The notes beneath the pieces were generated by a model. It had not been told where the DNA came from. It saw only the letters and a list, made by a program, of their open reading frames with translations, and made no database searches. The position numbers and the translations under genes are program-made. Shown piece after piece: positions 63,158 to 64,000 of a stretch of 64,000 nucleotides of DNA (position 1 is the first letter of the stretch; every line of letters starts with the position of its first letter). Location: positions 1-64,000 of the forward strand of contig JBDOQK010000034.1 of assembly GCA_040437565.1 (NCBI GenBank), read 5' to 3'. The stretch comes from Albugo candida (taxonomy: Eukaryota).

Positions 63158-64000
63158 ATGCAAGCGACGGAACTTGTATATTTGTATTTCCTCGTACTTT
63201 TGGTTTATTTCCACAACAGCTATTATTAAACAGGCTAATTGACTTCAACCTGAAAGATCTAATGTCTTCCTGTCAAGTACTTTTGCATTCTTATGACGCG
63301 TTCTCATGGAGTCAGTCGAAGAGGTATGCAGAAGTGAAGATTGGTGGTCACTCGCTGGATCACAAGCAAATCTTTCACAAGAGAAAATTCAATTCGCAGA
63401 GTTCAGGCAGTAGGGAAAGTATACATTATCGTTCGTCGCGAGCGTACGCTTTTGTGCCTCCAAAACCGCTAATTTATGCGTCTACAAAGATCGGAGGACA
63501 CGAACTCGATCATGTTCCTTTCATTCACCGAGGCAAACCTTCTGGTCCTATCCTTCTGTTGACTGAACTTGCGTGTGATCAGAGCGCTGATGCTCGCAAA
63601 TGCGGCATAACTTCTCAAATTGTAGAAAGCGCTTTTCCGAGCGTCAAACTTTGCTGTCACAATGGAAAATCGCATGAAATATCCTCGATGACAAGTAAAA
63701 AGCATAAATCTGGCGAAAAAAGCGCAGGAATCTCCAATCCGTCAACGATCAATCACAATGACGAAAAGGGACTCGATCCTTTCGGAATGTTTACTTTAAC
63801 AGCGTCAAGCTTTCGGATGTGCTTACTGCTCAAGCAGNNNNNNNNNNNNNNNNNNNNNNNNNNNNNNNNNNNNNNNNNNNNNNNNNNNNNNNNNNNNNNN
63901 NNNNNNNNNNNNNNNNNNNNNNNNNNNNNNNNNNNNNGTGATCAGAGCGCTGATGCTCGCAAATGCGGCATAACTTCTCAAATTGTAGAAAGCGCTTTTC

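Noticed and set aside
63200-63837. Possible minus-strand gene end
   Set aside because: No coherent exon model, and it is cut by a gap and the window edge.

Overview
Eukaryotic draft scaffold with eight 100-N gaps, most likely from an oomycete and probably Albugo. This is inferred from short 44-70 bp introns, chromovirus/Copia/LINE/Mutator relics and a CxxCxxxxxG (CCG/CHxC) effector motif. About 1-51 kb is gene-sparse. It holds decayed Ty3/Gypsy, Ty1/Copia, two LINEs, an intron-containing IS630/Tc1-like element, three nested Mutator elements, an orphan secreted-protein ORF, a cluster of decayed CCG-like effector genes, a WDR5-like gene and a Nup98-Nup96 locus. In that locus the Nup98 half (FG repeats plus autoprotease) is wrecked while the Nup96 half is an intact 625-codon ORF, suggesting gene fission. 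About 51-63 kb is gene-dense: gamma-SNAP, a DIxG-repeat protein, a UDP-glucuronate 4-epimerase-like enzyme, a mid-SUN protein and a PH-domain protein. Six apparent duplications flanking N gaps look like scaffolding artefacts. All calls come from manual reading; no searches were run.
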